From: Candidatus Cloacimonadales bacterium
GTDB taxonomy: Bacteria > Cloacimonadota > Cloacimonadia > Cloacimonadales > JAIOQZ01
Direction of reading: 5' to 3'
DNA: 64,000 bases
Assembly: GCA_963662655.2 (NCBI GenBank)
Contig: CAXXTU010000002.1
Span: 256,001-320,000 of the forward strand
Shown here: in pieces, positions 40,510-49,808 of the stretch
How the letters are laid out: each line of letters starts with the position of its first letter
Position numbering within the stretch: the stretch's first letter is position 1
The notes under the pieces: model-generated
The model's database searches: none
What the model was told of the DNA's origin: nothing
Seen by the model: only the letters and a program-made list of their open reading frames with translations
Position numbers and translations under genes: made by a program

Positions 40510-41538
40510 ATGGAAGAAATGCCAAAGATCATGTTGGTAACGGGCGGTGCAGGGTTCATAGGCTCGAACTACATTCGTTATCTGCTCAAAAACGATACCG
40601 ACATGAAGATCATCAACTTCGATAAGCTGACCGCGGCAGGGAATCTTTCCAACCTATCCGGCTTGACGAACCATCCCAACTACTTTTTCGTACGCGGCGA
40701 CCTGACCGATCCGCGCCAGGTTGCAGACGTGTTCGATCGCTTCAATCCGGAAGTCGTCATGCATTTTGCGGCGGAGATGTACACGGATCGTTACATCGTG
40801 AATCCCGATTCTTTCGTCCATACGAACATCGTGGGGACGCACAACCTGATTCTCCAGGCGTTGGCGCATTCTCCGCAGAAATGCATCTATTTCTCCACCG
40901 AAGAAGTCTACGGTGCGTCATCCGGTCATCATCGCTTCAAGGAAGACGAAGCCTTGAATCCGATCAACGCCTACTCCGCCAGCAAAGCCTCCGCTGAGAT
41001 GCTCTGGCACGCGGTGAGCGAAGACGACAACATGCCGGTCAACATTGTCCGGTGCACCAGCGCTTACGGGCCTTATCAATTTCCGGACAAGCTCATCGCG
41101 GCGGTGATCTGCGGGGTTTTGAAGGAACAGGACATACGGCTGATCTGCAACGCGATGACAACGCGCGATTACATCCACATCATCGATGTGTGTTCCGCGC
41201 TGGACGCCGTACTGGATAGCGAGGTGGTCGGAGAGACCTACAACATCGGGACGGAGTCGGAGATCGACACCGCAGTGCTGATCCGGAAAATCCTGAATAT
41301 GCTCGACGAGGACGAGCACCCCTTGACATATGCCAGAAAGCGTTCCTTCCTCCCTCAACGGTTCGCCATCGATACGTCGAAAATCCGTGAACAACTGAAA
41401 TGGAAGCCGCGCGTCCTCCTTGAGGACGGACTCCTCCAAACCATTGAATGGTACCGAAATCACAGTGAATGGATTCAAGACCTCGAATCCGGAAAATACA
41501 TGGAGTACTATGACCTTCTTTACAACCAGGAAACCTGA
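40510..41538 (+). CDS. dTDP-glucose 4,6-dehydratase-like extended SDR (divergent)
   Basis: TGGAGFIG, STEEVYG, YSASKA, YGPYQFP. Confidence 0.85.
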   Translation: MEEMPKIMLVTGGAGFIGSNYIRYLLKNDTDMKIINFDKLTAAGNLSNLSGLTNHPNYFFVRGDLTDPRQVADVFDRFNPEVVMHFAAEMYTDRYIVNPDSFVHTNIVGTHNLILQALAHSPQKCIYFSTEEVYGASSGHHRFKEDEALNPINAYSASKASAEMLWHAVSEDDNMPVNIVRCTSAYGPYQFPDKLIAAVICGVLKEQDIRLICNAMTTRDYIHIIDVCSALDAVLDSEVVGETYNIGTESEIDTAVLIRKILNMLDEDEHPLTYARKRSFLPQRFAIDTSKIREQLKWKPRVLLEDGLLQTIEWYRNHSEWIQDLESGKYMEYYDLLYNQET

Positions 41539-43057
41539 AATCAAACGTAATGTCCAACTGATAATCCCCATCTTGCTCGTCTTGCTCATTACCTCCTGCA
41601 CAACGGTTACCTATTTCCGTCGCGCAGAAGAGATACAAAAAGACGAGGTCGCCGGGCCGACGATGAATGAATATGAAGCGGAGGCCCCGGACTCGCTCGA
41701 CGTCGCGCAATCGCTCGACGAGGCGACGGCCGGTTACGAGGACGTGATCGCCCAGCTTCAGCGTATGGTCGACAGCCTCCAGTTTCAGGTGGACTCCCTG
41801 AACCTCGAACTCGAATACGCAAACAGTCGTGTGGCAGTGTGCACTGACTTCGTGATACCGGACACCATAGTCTTTGCGGGAACGACGTTCCACCTGCATA
41901 ACGAGCGCTTTTACGCCAAATTCGAGGAAATCTACAAGCACGAGCTGAAATCGGCACAGCACTACATCCCCAAGAGCGGTAAGTATTTCCCCGTGTTCGA
42001 TTCCATCTTCGCGGAGCAGGGTGTCCCTCTGGACACAAAATACCTGGCGATCGCGGAAAGCGGATTGAATTCGGTGGCGCAGAGCTGGGTCGGAGCGATG
42101 GGATTATGGCAGTTCATGAAATCTACCGCCAAGGGCTATGGACTGGAAGTGAACAGCTTCATCGACGAACGTCGCAACACGTTCAAAGCTACAGAAGCGG
42201 CGGCCAAATACCTGAAAAACGCCATGAATATGCTCAGTAAACACGGAGCGGACGACTGGCTTCTCGCCATGGCGTCGTACAACGCCGGGCCGGGAGCTAT
42301 CATTCGCGAGATCAAGAATCAGGGTGGAACCGACTTCTTCAACTTGATCATGCGGGTGGATGAGACCAACCGATACGTTTGGCGCGCTGTGGCAATCAAG
42401 ATGATTTTCGAGCACGAAGAAGAGATTTTCGGCAAGAAGTTCGATCGGGAACCCTCGTTGCTGGATGAAACACGGCAGGTGCATCTGCTGCTGAAGGGCC
42501 ATTATAAGATAGACGAATGGGCCAAGGCGCAGGGAACTACCGTCAGCAAGGTGTGGGAGTACAATCCCTGGATTGATATCCTGCAAACCAAACGCAGCCG
42601 GTATACGCCCATCAACGAAGTCGTACTTCCTCCGGGAGATTTCTCGATCCTGATTCCCCGCGAAAGCTCACCGGACCAACAGGAAGTCGCCAAGATCGAG
42701 AAGCAGTTTCTCGAAAAGAACGCCGGCTACTTCAAGTATCATACGGTGCAGAAAGGCGATAACCTCTACAACATCGCACGAAAATACAAGACGACGGTAG
42801 CGCAGATCAAGGCCGCCAACAACATGAAGAGCGATACGATATACCCCGGACAGAAGCTCAGGCTTCGAGGCGAATCTGGTGGAGGAGGCGGATCGGGAGG
42901 CGTTTACGTTGTGAAGAAGGGCGATTCGATCAGCTCGATCGCCAACAAACTCAAGGTCAGCTCTTCGCATCTGATCAAGACGAACAACCTCAAGGTGAAA
43001 AAGAACGGCAACAGCACGGTTGTCATGATATATCCTGGGCAGAAGCTGAATTACTGA
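41510..43057 (+). CDS. Lytic transglycosylase lipoprotein with two LysM domains (MltD-like)
   Basis: Lipobox ITSC, AESG, GLWQFM, ASYNAG, VQKGDNL and VKKGDSI LysM domains. Confidence 0.9.
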   Translation: MTFFTTRKPEIKRNVQLIIPILLVLLITSCTTVTYFRRAEEIQKDEVAGPTMNEYEAEAPDSLDVAQSLDEATAGYEDVIAQLQRMVDSLQFQVDSLNLELEYANSRVAVCTDFVIPDTIVFAGTTFHLHNERFYAKFEEIYKHELKSAQHYIPKSGKYFPVFDSIFAEQGVPLDTKYLAIAESGLNSVAQSWVGAMGLWQFMKSTAKGYGLEVNSFIDERRNTFKATEAAAKYLKNAMNMLSKHGADDWLLAMASYNAGPGAIIREIKNQGGTDFFNLIMRVDETNRYVWRAVAIKMIFEHEEEIFGKKFDREPSLLDETRQVHLLLKGHYKIDEWAKAQGTTVSKVWEYNPWIDILQTKRSRYTPINEVVLPPGDFSILIPRESSPDQQEVAKIEKQFLEKNAGYFKYHTVQKGDNLYNIARKYKTTVAQIKAANNMKSDTIYPGQKLRLRGESGGGGGSGGVYVVKKGDSISSIANKLKVSSSHLIKTNNLKVKKNGNSTVVMIYPGQKLNY

Positions 43058-43506
43058 TGGAAAACGTTGAGCTTGTCATCCGCGCGATGACGGAAGGCGA
43101 CTTGGAACAGGTTATGCAACTGGAGAACAGGTTGTTCTCCAATCCCTGGTCGAGGAAGTCGATGCTGGATGAGATGAAAGGCCACGGTGCCTGGGTGATC
43201 GAAGAGGCTGACGTGATTTTGGGATACCTCTGCATCTGGAAGGTGCTGGACGAGTGCCAGATAACCAATGTCGCCACCCGGCCCGAAGCCCAGCGCAGGG
43301 GACTTGCAAGCAAGTTGATACAGTGGATGATCGAGAGGGAATACGCTGCTGGAAGCAGACTGTTCTTTCTGGAGGTTCGCCGGAGCAACGAGCCGGCGAA
43401 ACGACTGTATGAGAAACTGAATTTCATACCTGTCGGCATCCGCAGGGATTATTACACGCGTCCGAATGAGGACGCCATTGTAATGCTGCTGAACATGAGT
43501 GAATAG
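43057..43506 (+). CDS. rimI: Ribosomal-protein-alanine N-acetyltransferase
   Basis: NPWS, ITNVA, RRGLA, LEVRRSN, RRDYY, EDAIVM. Confidence 0.9.
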   Translation: MENVELVIRAMTEGDLEQVMQLENRLFSNPWSRKSMLDEMKGHGAWVIEEADVILGYLCIWKVLDECQITNVATRPEAQRRGLASKLIQWMIEREYAAGSRLFFLEVRRSNEPAKRLYEKLNFIPVGIRRDYYTRPNEDAIVMLLNMSE

Positions 43507-43528
43507 GGCAGCATGAAAGGAATACATC

Positions 43529-45127
43529 ATGAAATGCTTTGATTTTTTAGTCATTGGCAGTGGGATTTCAGGGCTTGTCTACGCCCTTGAGGTCTCAAAG
43601 ATTGGCAAAGTGGCTTTGCTGACAAAGAAAACCCTCGCCGACGGCGCAACCGATTTCGCCCAGGGCGGGATCGCTGCTGTCGTGAGCGAGCTCGATACAT
43701 TCGACGAACACGTTGTGGATACCTATAAAGCGGGATCGGAGCTGGGTAAGCTCCCGATCATACGCGCCATCGTTGAAGATGGGCCACAGGCGATTGATTA
43801 CCTCATGAAGATCGGCACCGCCTTTACGATGGCCAACGATAAAATCCAGCGCTCGATGGAGAACCTGGACCTTACGCGTGAGGGCGGACACTCTCAAAAG
43901 CGCGTGGTCCATTACGCCGATTCAACCGGACACGAAATTATGCGAGCTCTGATCAGGACCGTCAGGGAAACACCTAATATCACGATATACGAGAATTATA
44001 CGGCAATCGATCTGATTACCCAGCACCACGTGCTCAACGAGAAGGGTTTTATACCGGGCGTTTCGTGCTGGGGCGCATACGCGCTGGATGAAAACACCGG
44101 CCAGATCGAGGCGTTCCGCGCTCGCAAGACAATGCTCGCCACCGGAGGCGGAGCGCAGGTTTACGCCCATACCACCAATCCGGAAGTATGTACCGGAGAC
44201 GGCTTTGCGATGGCCAAACTCGCCGGCGCGCGGCTGGTGAACATGGAGTTCATTCAGTTCCATCCGACTGTCTTCTACTCGCTGATCGGGCAGCCATTCC
44301 TGGTAACCGAAGCGCTGCGTGGGGAAGGAGCGATTCTCAAGCTTGCCAACGGCAAGACGTTCATGGACAAATATCACGAGATGGGAAGCCTCGCTCCGCG
44401 CGATGTGGTCTCCCGTGCAATGGATTTCGAGCTGAAAAAGAGCGGTGAGAAGCATCTTTATCTCGATGCGACGGGGCTCTCGCAAGAGAAGATTCACGCC
44501 CATTTCCCCAACATCTACCGCAAGTGCCTGGAACAGAAAATCGACATCACCAAGGAACCGATTCCGGTCACGCCGGCTGCGCACTATTTCTGCGGCGGCG
44601 TCCTGACCACTCAGGACGGCCTTACCGACGTGAAGAACCTATTCGCCGCGGGTGAGGTCGCGTGTATCGGCTTGCACGGAGCGAACCGGCTGGCGTCCAA
44701 TTCGCTGCTCGAAGGGCTTGTCACTGCGCTCAGAGCCAGCAGGCATCCGTCGAATCACGAAGACGTCGATTTCCCGGAAATCCCCGAGTGGCAGGACGTG
44801 GGAACCTACAACGAGAACGAGTGGGTGGTCATTTCGCACAACCGCCAGAGCATTAAAAGCATCATGCAGGGCTATGTCGGGATTACGCGCTCCAAGCGAC
44901 TTCTCAAATACGCCAAGCATCGCATGCACAGCGTATACACGGAAATCAATAATTTTTACAATCACAATAGCGTGCGGCGCGAGGTAATCGAAACAAGGAA
45001 CATGGCGATTGTCGGGAGTGCGATAATCCAGTCGGCCCTGATGCGAAAAGAGAGCCGGGGACTGCACTACAACGTCGATTACCCCAATCGCGACGACGCC
45101 AACTACAAAAGGGATACGATCATCTGA
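43529..45127 (+). CDS. nadB: L-aspartate oxidase
   Basis: GSGISG, AQGGIA, REGGHS, QFHPT, HGANRLASNSLLE, ESRGLHY. Confidence 0.96.
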   Translation: MKCFDFLVIGSGISGLVYALEVSKIGKVALLTKKTLADGATDFAQGGIAAVVSELDTFDEHVVDTYKAGSELGKLPIIRAIVEDGPQAIDYLMKIGTAFTMANDKIQRSMENLDLTREGGHSQKRVVHYADSTGHEIMRALIRTVRETPNITIYENYTAIDLITQHHVLNEKGFIPGVSCWGAYALDENTGQIEAFRARKTMLATGGGAQVYAHTTNPEVCTGDGFAMAKLAGARLVNMEFIQFHPTVFYSLIGQPFLVTEALRGEGAILKLANGKTFMDKYHEMGSLAPRDVVSRAMDFELKKSGEKHLYLDATGLSQEKIHAHFPNIYRKCLEQKIDITKEPIPVTPAAHYFCGGVLTTQDGLTDVKNLFAAGEVACIGLHGANRLASNSLLEGLVTALRASRHPSNHEDVDFPEIPEWQDVGTYNENEWVVISHNRQSIKSIMQGYVGITRSKRLLKYAKHRMHSVYTEINNFYNHNSVRREVIETRNMAIVGSAIIQSALMRKESRGLHYNVDYPNRDDANYKRDTII

Positions 45128-45128
45128 T

Positions 45129-45767
45129 ATGAAAGGCGAAAAAGGCTTGTTTGTAACCTTCGAGGGAATCGAAGGCTGTGGAAAATCGACCCAGTCGAAG
45201 CTGCTCCGGGATTACCTGGAATCGAATGGGCTGGATGTCCTGCTCACGCGCGAACCCGGTGGGCCGAGGATTTCGGAGAAAATACGGCAACTGCTGCTTG
45301 ATCCCGAAAATACCGAGATGCTCCCCGAGACCGAACTGCTTCTCTACATGGCGAGCAGGAGCCAGCACACCGGCGAATGGATCATTCCCGCCTTGAAGAG
45401 AGGCAAGGTGGTGATCTCCGACAGGTACTACGATTCATCCATCGCCTATCAGGGCGCGGCACGCCAGCTCGACATGAAGCAGATCGACAACATCACCCTT
45501 TTCGCCACCTATTCGCTCAAGCCGGATATTACCTTTCTGATCGACCTCTCTCCCGATTCAGGCTTATGCCGGATCAAGCCTGAGGTCGCGGATCGCATCG
45601 AGAAAGAGAGCATCGAGTTCCATAAAAGAGTCCGAAAGGGATTTTTGGATGTTGCAAAACGGGAGCCGGATCGTTTCTGTATTGTAGACGGTTGTGGAAC
45701 GATCGAGGAAATCCATATTGAAATCGTGAAGAAAATGGATATATTATTGAAGAAGAACGAAATGTAA
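45129..45767 (+). CDS. tmk: Thymidylate kinase
   Basis: FEGIEGCGKSTQ, TREPGG, DRYYDSSIAYQG. Confidence 0.96.
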   Translation: MKGEKGLFVTFEGIEGCGKSTQSKLLRDYLESNGLDVLLTREPGGPRISEKIRQLLLDPENTEMLPETELLLYMASRSQHTGEWIIPALKRGKVVISDRYYDSSIAYQGAARQLDMKQIDNITLFATYSLKPDITFLIDLSPDSGLCRIKPEVADRIEKESIEFHKRVRKGFLDVAKREPDRFCIVDGCGTIEEIHIEIVKKMDILLKKNEM

Positions 45768-45776
45768 GACGAGGTA

Positions 45777-47939
45777 TTGAATTTGAGATATTATAAAGGA
45801 CTATTGATTGCGGTAACTCTCCTTGTTGCCTTTACGGCAATTGTGGCGGTCGAAGTCACGGACCGAAACAAGATTGTCATGATCGAAACCATGAAGATCG
45901 TGGATAAAATCCACTTTGATCCGCACGAGGTGGACAACGAACTCTCCGAGCGGGTTTTCGATATGTATCTGGACCGGCTCGACTACCAGAAGCGGTTCTT
46001 TCTGCAATCGGATGTCAACCGCCTGCAGGCGATGCGGGACGAGATCGACGACCAGATCAATTCCAAGGAGCTATCCGACAAGTTCGATTTTTACGTCAAG
46101 ACCAACACGATCTTCGAGGAACGCCTTGACCAGGTGGAATCCTTTTACGAAGGCATGCTGGCACAGCCTTTTGATTACTTCGAACAGGATTCACTTGAGA
46201 CCGACGGCGACAAGAGTGTGTGGTGTAGCGACATGGCGCACCTCAAACAACGCTGGGAGCAGCTACTGAAATACCAGGTACTCCAGCGCTATTTCATCCT
46301 CAAGGAAACCTCGGATTCCATCTCGACGGACGAGAACGAGGTCGACGAAAACCTGATGGATGTTTTCCTGAAAGACGGCAAGCTCGATAGCGAGCTCGAG
46401 GCGCAAGCGCGAGAGAAAGTGAAGAAATCCACCGAACTCATGCTGAAGCGGCTCAAGGATATGAACGAAGACGACCGTTTCGCCCTCTACATGAACTCCA
46501 TCCTGAATTCATTCGATCCGCATACAACCTATATGCCGCCCAAGGCTGAAGAGGATTTCCAGATCGACATGACGGGACAGTTCGAAGGGATCGGCGCGCG
46601 TCTCACGCAGGAAGACGGCTACATCAAAGTCACCGAGATCATACCGGGAAGCGCCTCCTGGCGACAGGGCGAGCTCGAACCGGAAGACAAGATCATCAAG
46701 GTGGCGCAGGGCGACGGCGAGCCGCTGGATGTGATCGATATGCTGGTGGACGATGCAGTGCAGTTCATCCGCGGCAAGAAGGGTACCGAAGTCCGCCTGA
46801 CCGTGCAGAAGGCATCGGGCGAGATCAAGGTTATCCCGATCATCCGCGATGTAGTGGTCATTGAAGAGACCTACGCGAAAGCCGCCCTGCTGAAAGACAC
46901 AAAGCGAAACAGAAATTACGGATACATCCGCTTGCCCGGGTTCTATCGCGATTTCACGAACAACACGAACCGCAACTCGACCGACGATATCGCGCAGGCG
47001 ATAGACAGACTCCAGGAAGAGAAGGTGTTCGGCATTATCCTCGATCTCCGCAACAACGGCGGCGGAGCGCTTCAGGACGCCGTGAGCATCGGCGGCTTGT
47101 TCATCGAGGAAGGCCCGATTGTACAGGTGAGTGACAAGATTCGCGGAACGCGCGTTCACTCCGATTACGACAGCCGCGTTCAGTGGGATGGACCGCTCGT
47201 GATACTGGTCAACCAGTTCAGCGCTTCGGCCTCCGAGATTCTCGCGGCCGCGCTTCAGGACTACAACCGTGCGATTGTTATCGGCTCGGAGCAATCCTTC
47301 GGCAAAGGCACCGTGCAGAACCTGAATGATCTGGATCGCTACGTGAATCCGATCTTCGCCTACCTGAAGCCGTTTGGGTCGCTCAAGCTCACCATCCAGA
47401 AGTTTTACCGCATCGACGGCACGACCACGCAGGACAAGGGTGTCGAACCGGACATCGTGATGCCGTGCCCCTACGATTACATCGATATCGGCGAAAAAGA
47501 ATACGAATATTATCTTCCGTACGATACAATAAAAGCGGCCGATTACGAGCTCTGGAGCAAGACGAAGCTTGATAATCCGCTCATCTCGAATCACAACAAG
47601 GAACGCATGAACAACAGCGACGCCTTGAAGTATCTGGAAGAGAGAAACGAAGCTTTGCGTAAGGAACGCGAAGAGACCAAGCTCGACCTCAACGTGCTCA
47701 GCATGATCCAGGAGAGGCAGAAGAATAAAACGTATCGCAAGAAGATGGAGAGTTATCTGCAGGAGAACGAAAACCTCGATGTTACGCTGAAAGAGCTTTA
47801 TCCTTCCGATGAAGAGAAGGACGCCTCACAGCTCGAGCAGGAGAAAGACCTGATAACCAACATCAAGAAGGACGTCTACATCGGCGAAGCGATGTTCGTC
47901 CTGGACGACTTGAAAGACACGAAAGCCGCAATGAAATAA
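45777..47939 (+). CDS. prc: Tail-specific protease (S41, Prc type)
   Basis: DPHTTY, PDZ domain, DLRNNGGG, SASASEI, GKGTVQ; 720 aa. Confidence 0.9.
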   Translation: MNLRYYKGLLIAVTLLVAFTAIVAVEVTDRNKIVMIETMKIVDKIHFDPHEVDNELSERVFDMYLDRLDYQKRFFLQSDVNRLQAMRDEIDDQINSKELSDKFDFYVKTNTIFEERLDQVESFYEGMLAQPFDYFEQDSLETDGDKSVWCSDMAHLKQRWEQLLKYQVLQRYFILKETSDSISTDENEVDENLMDVFLKDGKLDSELEAQAREKVKKSTELMLKRLKDMNEDDRFALYMNSILNSFDPHTTYMPPKAEEDFQIDMTGQFEGIGARLTQEDGYIKVTEIIPGSASWRQGELEPEDKIIKVAQGDGEPLDVIDMLVDDAVQFIRGKKGTEVRLTVQKASGEIKVIPIIRDVVVIEETYAKAALLKDTKRNRNYGYIRLPGFYRDFTNNTNRNSTDDIAQAIDRLQEEKVFGIILDLRNNGGGALQDAVSIGGLFIEEGPIVQVSDKIRGTRVHSDYDSRVQWDGPLVILVNQFSASASEILAAALQDYNRAIVIGSEQSFGKGTVQNLNDLDRYVNPIFAYLKPFGSLKLTIQKFYRIDGTTTQDKGVEPDIVMPCPYDYIDIGEKEYEYYLPYDTIKAADYELWSKTKLDNPLISNHNKERMNNSDALKYLEERNEALRKEREETKLDLNVLSMIQERQKNKTYRKKMESYLQENENLDVTLKELYPSDEEKDASQLEQEKDLITNIKKDVYIGEAMFVLDDLKDTKAAMK

Positions 47940-47961
47940 CACGTAAGCAAGGTATCATCGA

Positions 47962-49545
47962 ATGAAAATAACCAGGCGGAACAAACTTGTACTGCTCGCC
48001 ATCGCGATGCTGTGGTTTGCGCTCGGGCTGTGGGCGTACACCATTGCCGAAGCCCAGCCGAACCAGAATGCGGAGCGCGACACGGCGTATGAAAAAATCA
48101 GACTGTTCAACGAGATTCTCTACAGCGTCAACCAGAACTACGTGAAGGAGCTGAGCATCGAGGAACTGATCGATGCCGCGATTGACGGCATGATGGAAAA
48201 GGTTGATCCGCACACGGTCTATTTCCAAACGGACGAGTTCGAGGACTTCCAGTCCAATACGCGCGGGGAGTTCGAAGGCGTCGGGCTTTCCGTGGACAAG
48301 AAGGATGGCTATATCACCGTAGTGGCCCCCATCGAGGGTACTCCCGCGTACCGTCAGGGAATCCATGCGGGAGATCGTTTGATCGCCGTCGACGGCGAGG
48401 ATATCGTCGGAATCGGCACGGAAGACGCGATCAAGCTGATGCGTGGCAGCAAGGGAACACCGGTCGATTTGACCATCGAGCGCCCGGGCTACGACGATCC
48501 GATCGAGTTCCACATCATCCGCGATGTGATCAAGATCAAGAGCGTTCCATACGCCTTCATGCTCGACGATGAGATTGGATATATCCGAATCCGCCAGTTT
48601 AACGCCAACGCTTCCACGGAATTGCAGGAAGCGCTCGATTCCCTGGAGGCGCAGGGAATGAAAGGGTTGCTGATCGATCTCCGGTACAATCCGGGGGGAC
48701 TCCTGGACGAGGCGGTCAATACGGTGAACGAGTTCATCGGAAAGGGCAAGCGTGTCGTGTATACCCGCGGAAGGGCGGCGGGAACATCCAACGAGTTCTT
48801 CACGAAAATCCCGCGTCAGCGGAACGGGTATCGCGTGGTCGCGCTGATCAATCAAGGAACCGCGAGCGCAGCCGAGATTTTCGCCGGAACCCTTCAGGAC
48901 TACGATCAGGGGCTCGTCGTGGGGGAGACATCCTTCGGCAAAGGTTCCGTGCAGCAATTGTATCCGCTCTCCGAGGGCGGTATCAAGGTGACGACCTCCA
49001 AGTATTACATCAATTCGGGGCGCTGCATTCACAAGGACCTCCAGGACAAGAAGCTGAAAGGCATCGATGTCACCGAGGAAGAGGAGAAGCAAGCACAGGA
49101 GAAGACGGAAGAGGTCTATTACACGCAACGTGGCCGCATTGTCCACGGCGGTGGCGGGATCGCGCCGGATATCGAAATCGAGCAGGAGAAGCTGACCGAT
49201 CTCGAGCAGAAAATCAGACAGGCGAACCTCTTCTTCAGGTATTCGGTTGACTGGCTCGTCGATAACGGCCATGAGATCACACCGGATTTCACGGTGGAAG
49301 ATGCCATGTTCAACGACTTCGTGAAGTGGATCGATCAAGAGGAAATCAAATACGAGGCCGAGGACCTTCAGGAATCCGGGCAGTGGATCCGGGATATTCT
49401 GGCGAGCGAGATTATCTCGCAGAAGATGGGCGAGATCGAGGGATACCGGGCATCGCTGAAAGAAGATTCGCAACTTCAGGAGGCGATGGCGCTTTTCGAT
49501 AAATATCCCAGCCTCGAGGCGATGCTGAGCAGTACAAAGCAATAG
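47962..49545 (+). CDS. Carboxyl-terminal processing protease (S41, CtpA type)
   Basis: DPHT, PDZ domain, DLRYNPGG, ASAAEI, GKGSVQ. Confidence 0.92.
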   Translation: MKITRRNKLVLLAIAMLWFALGLWAYTIAEAQPNQNAERDTAYEKIRLFNEILYSVNQNYVKELSIEELIDAAIDGMMEKVDPHTVYFQTDEFEDFQSNTRGEFEGVGLSVDKKDGYITVVAPIEGTPAYRQGIHAGDRLIAVDGEDIVGIGTEDAIKLMRGSKGTPVDLTIERPGYDDPIEFHIIRDVIKIKSVPYAFMLDDEIGYIRIRQFNANASTELQEALDSLEAQGMKGLLIDLRYNPGGLLDEAVNTVNEFIGKGKRVVYTRGRAAGTSNEFFTKIPRQRNGYRVVALINQGTASAAEIFAGTLQDYDQGLVVGETSFGKGSVQQLYPLSEGGIKVTTSKYYINSGRCIHKDLQDKKLKGIDVTEEEEKQAQEKTEEVYYTQRGRIVHGGGGIAPDIEIEQEKLTDLEQKIRQANLFFRYSVDWLVDNGHEITPDFTVEDAMFNDFVKWIDQEEIKYEAEDLQESGQWIRDILASEIISQKMGEIEGYRASLKEDSQLQEAMALFDKYPSLEAMLSSTKQ

Positions 49546-49808
49546 ATTTGGTAAACAAATTGGGGTATTCCCGAAGAAGCGTTATTCAATTTAATTGATA
49601 TACCTTGGGAATTAACGAGCGTTAAACGATAGTGTAACCGATTACATTTTGGGCATTTATAATTTTAGGGGTGAAGCGGCAATTCAAAAACATTGCATCA
49701 GATCCAATTATTAATTGACATCTGCAATCTTCATGCTAAAATTCAAATTCTGGTCTAATGGACAAATTCTTGTTTTTTGAACTGGAAAAACAAGCAAAGG
49801 GTAGGACT

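Noticed and set aside
47863..49542. 559-aa minus-strand ORF
   Set aside because: Antisense shadow of the S41 protease gene
45777..49545. Recent duplication of S41 proteases
   Set aside because: They are distinct Prc and CtpA subtypes with little similarity outside motifs
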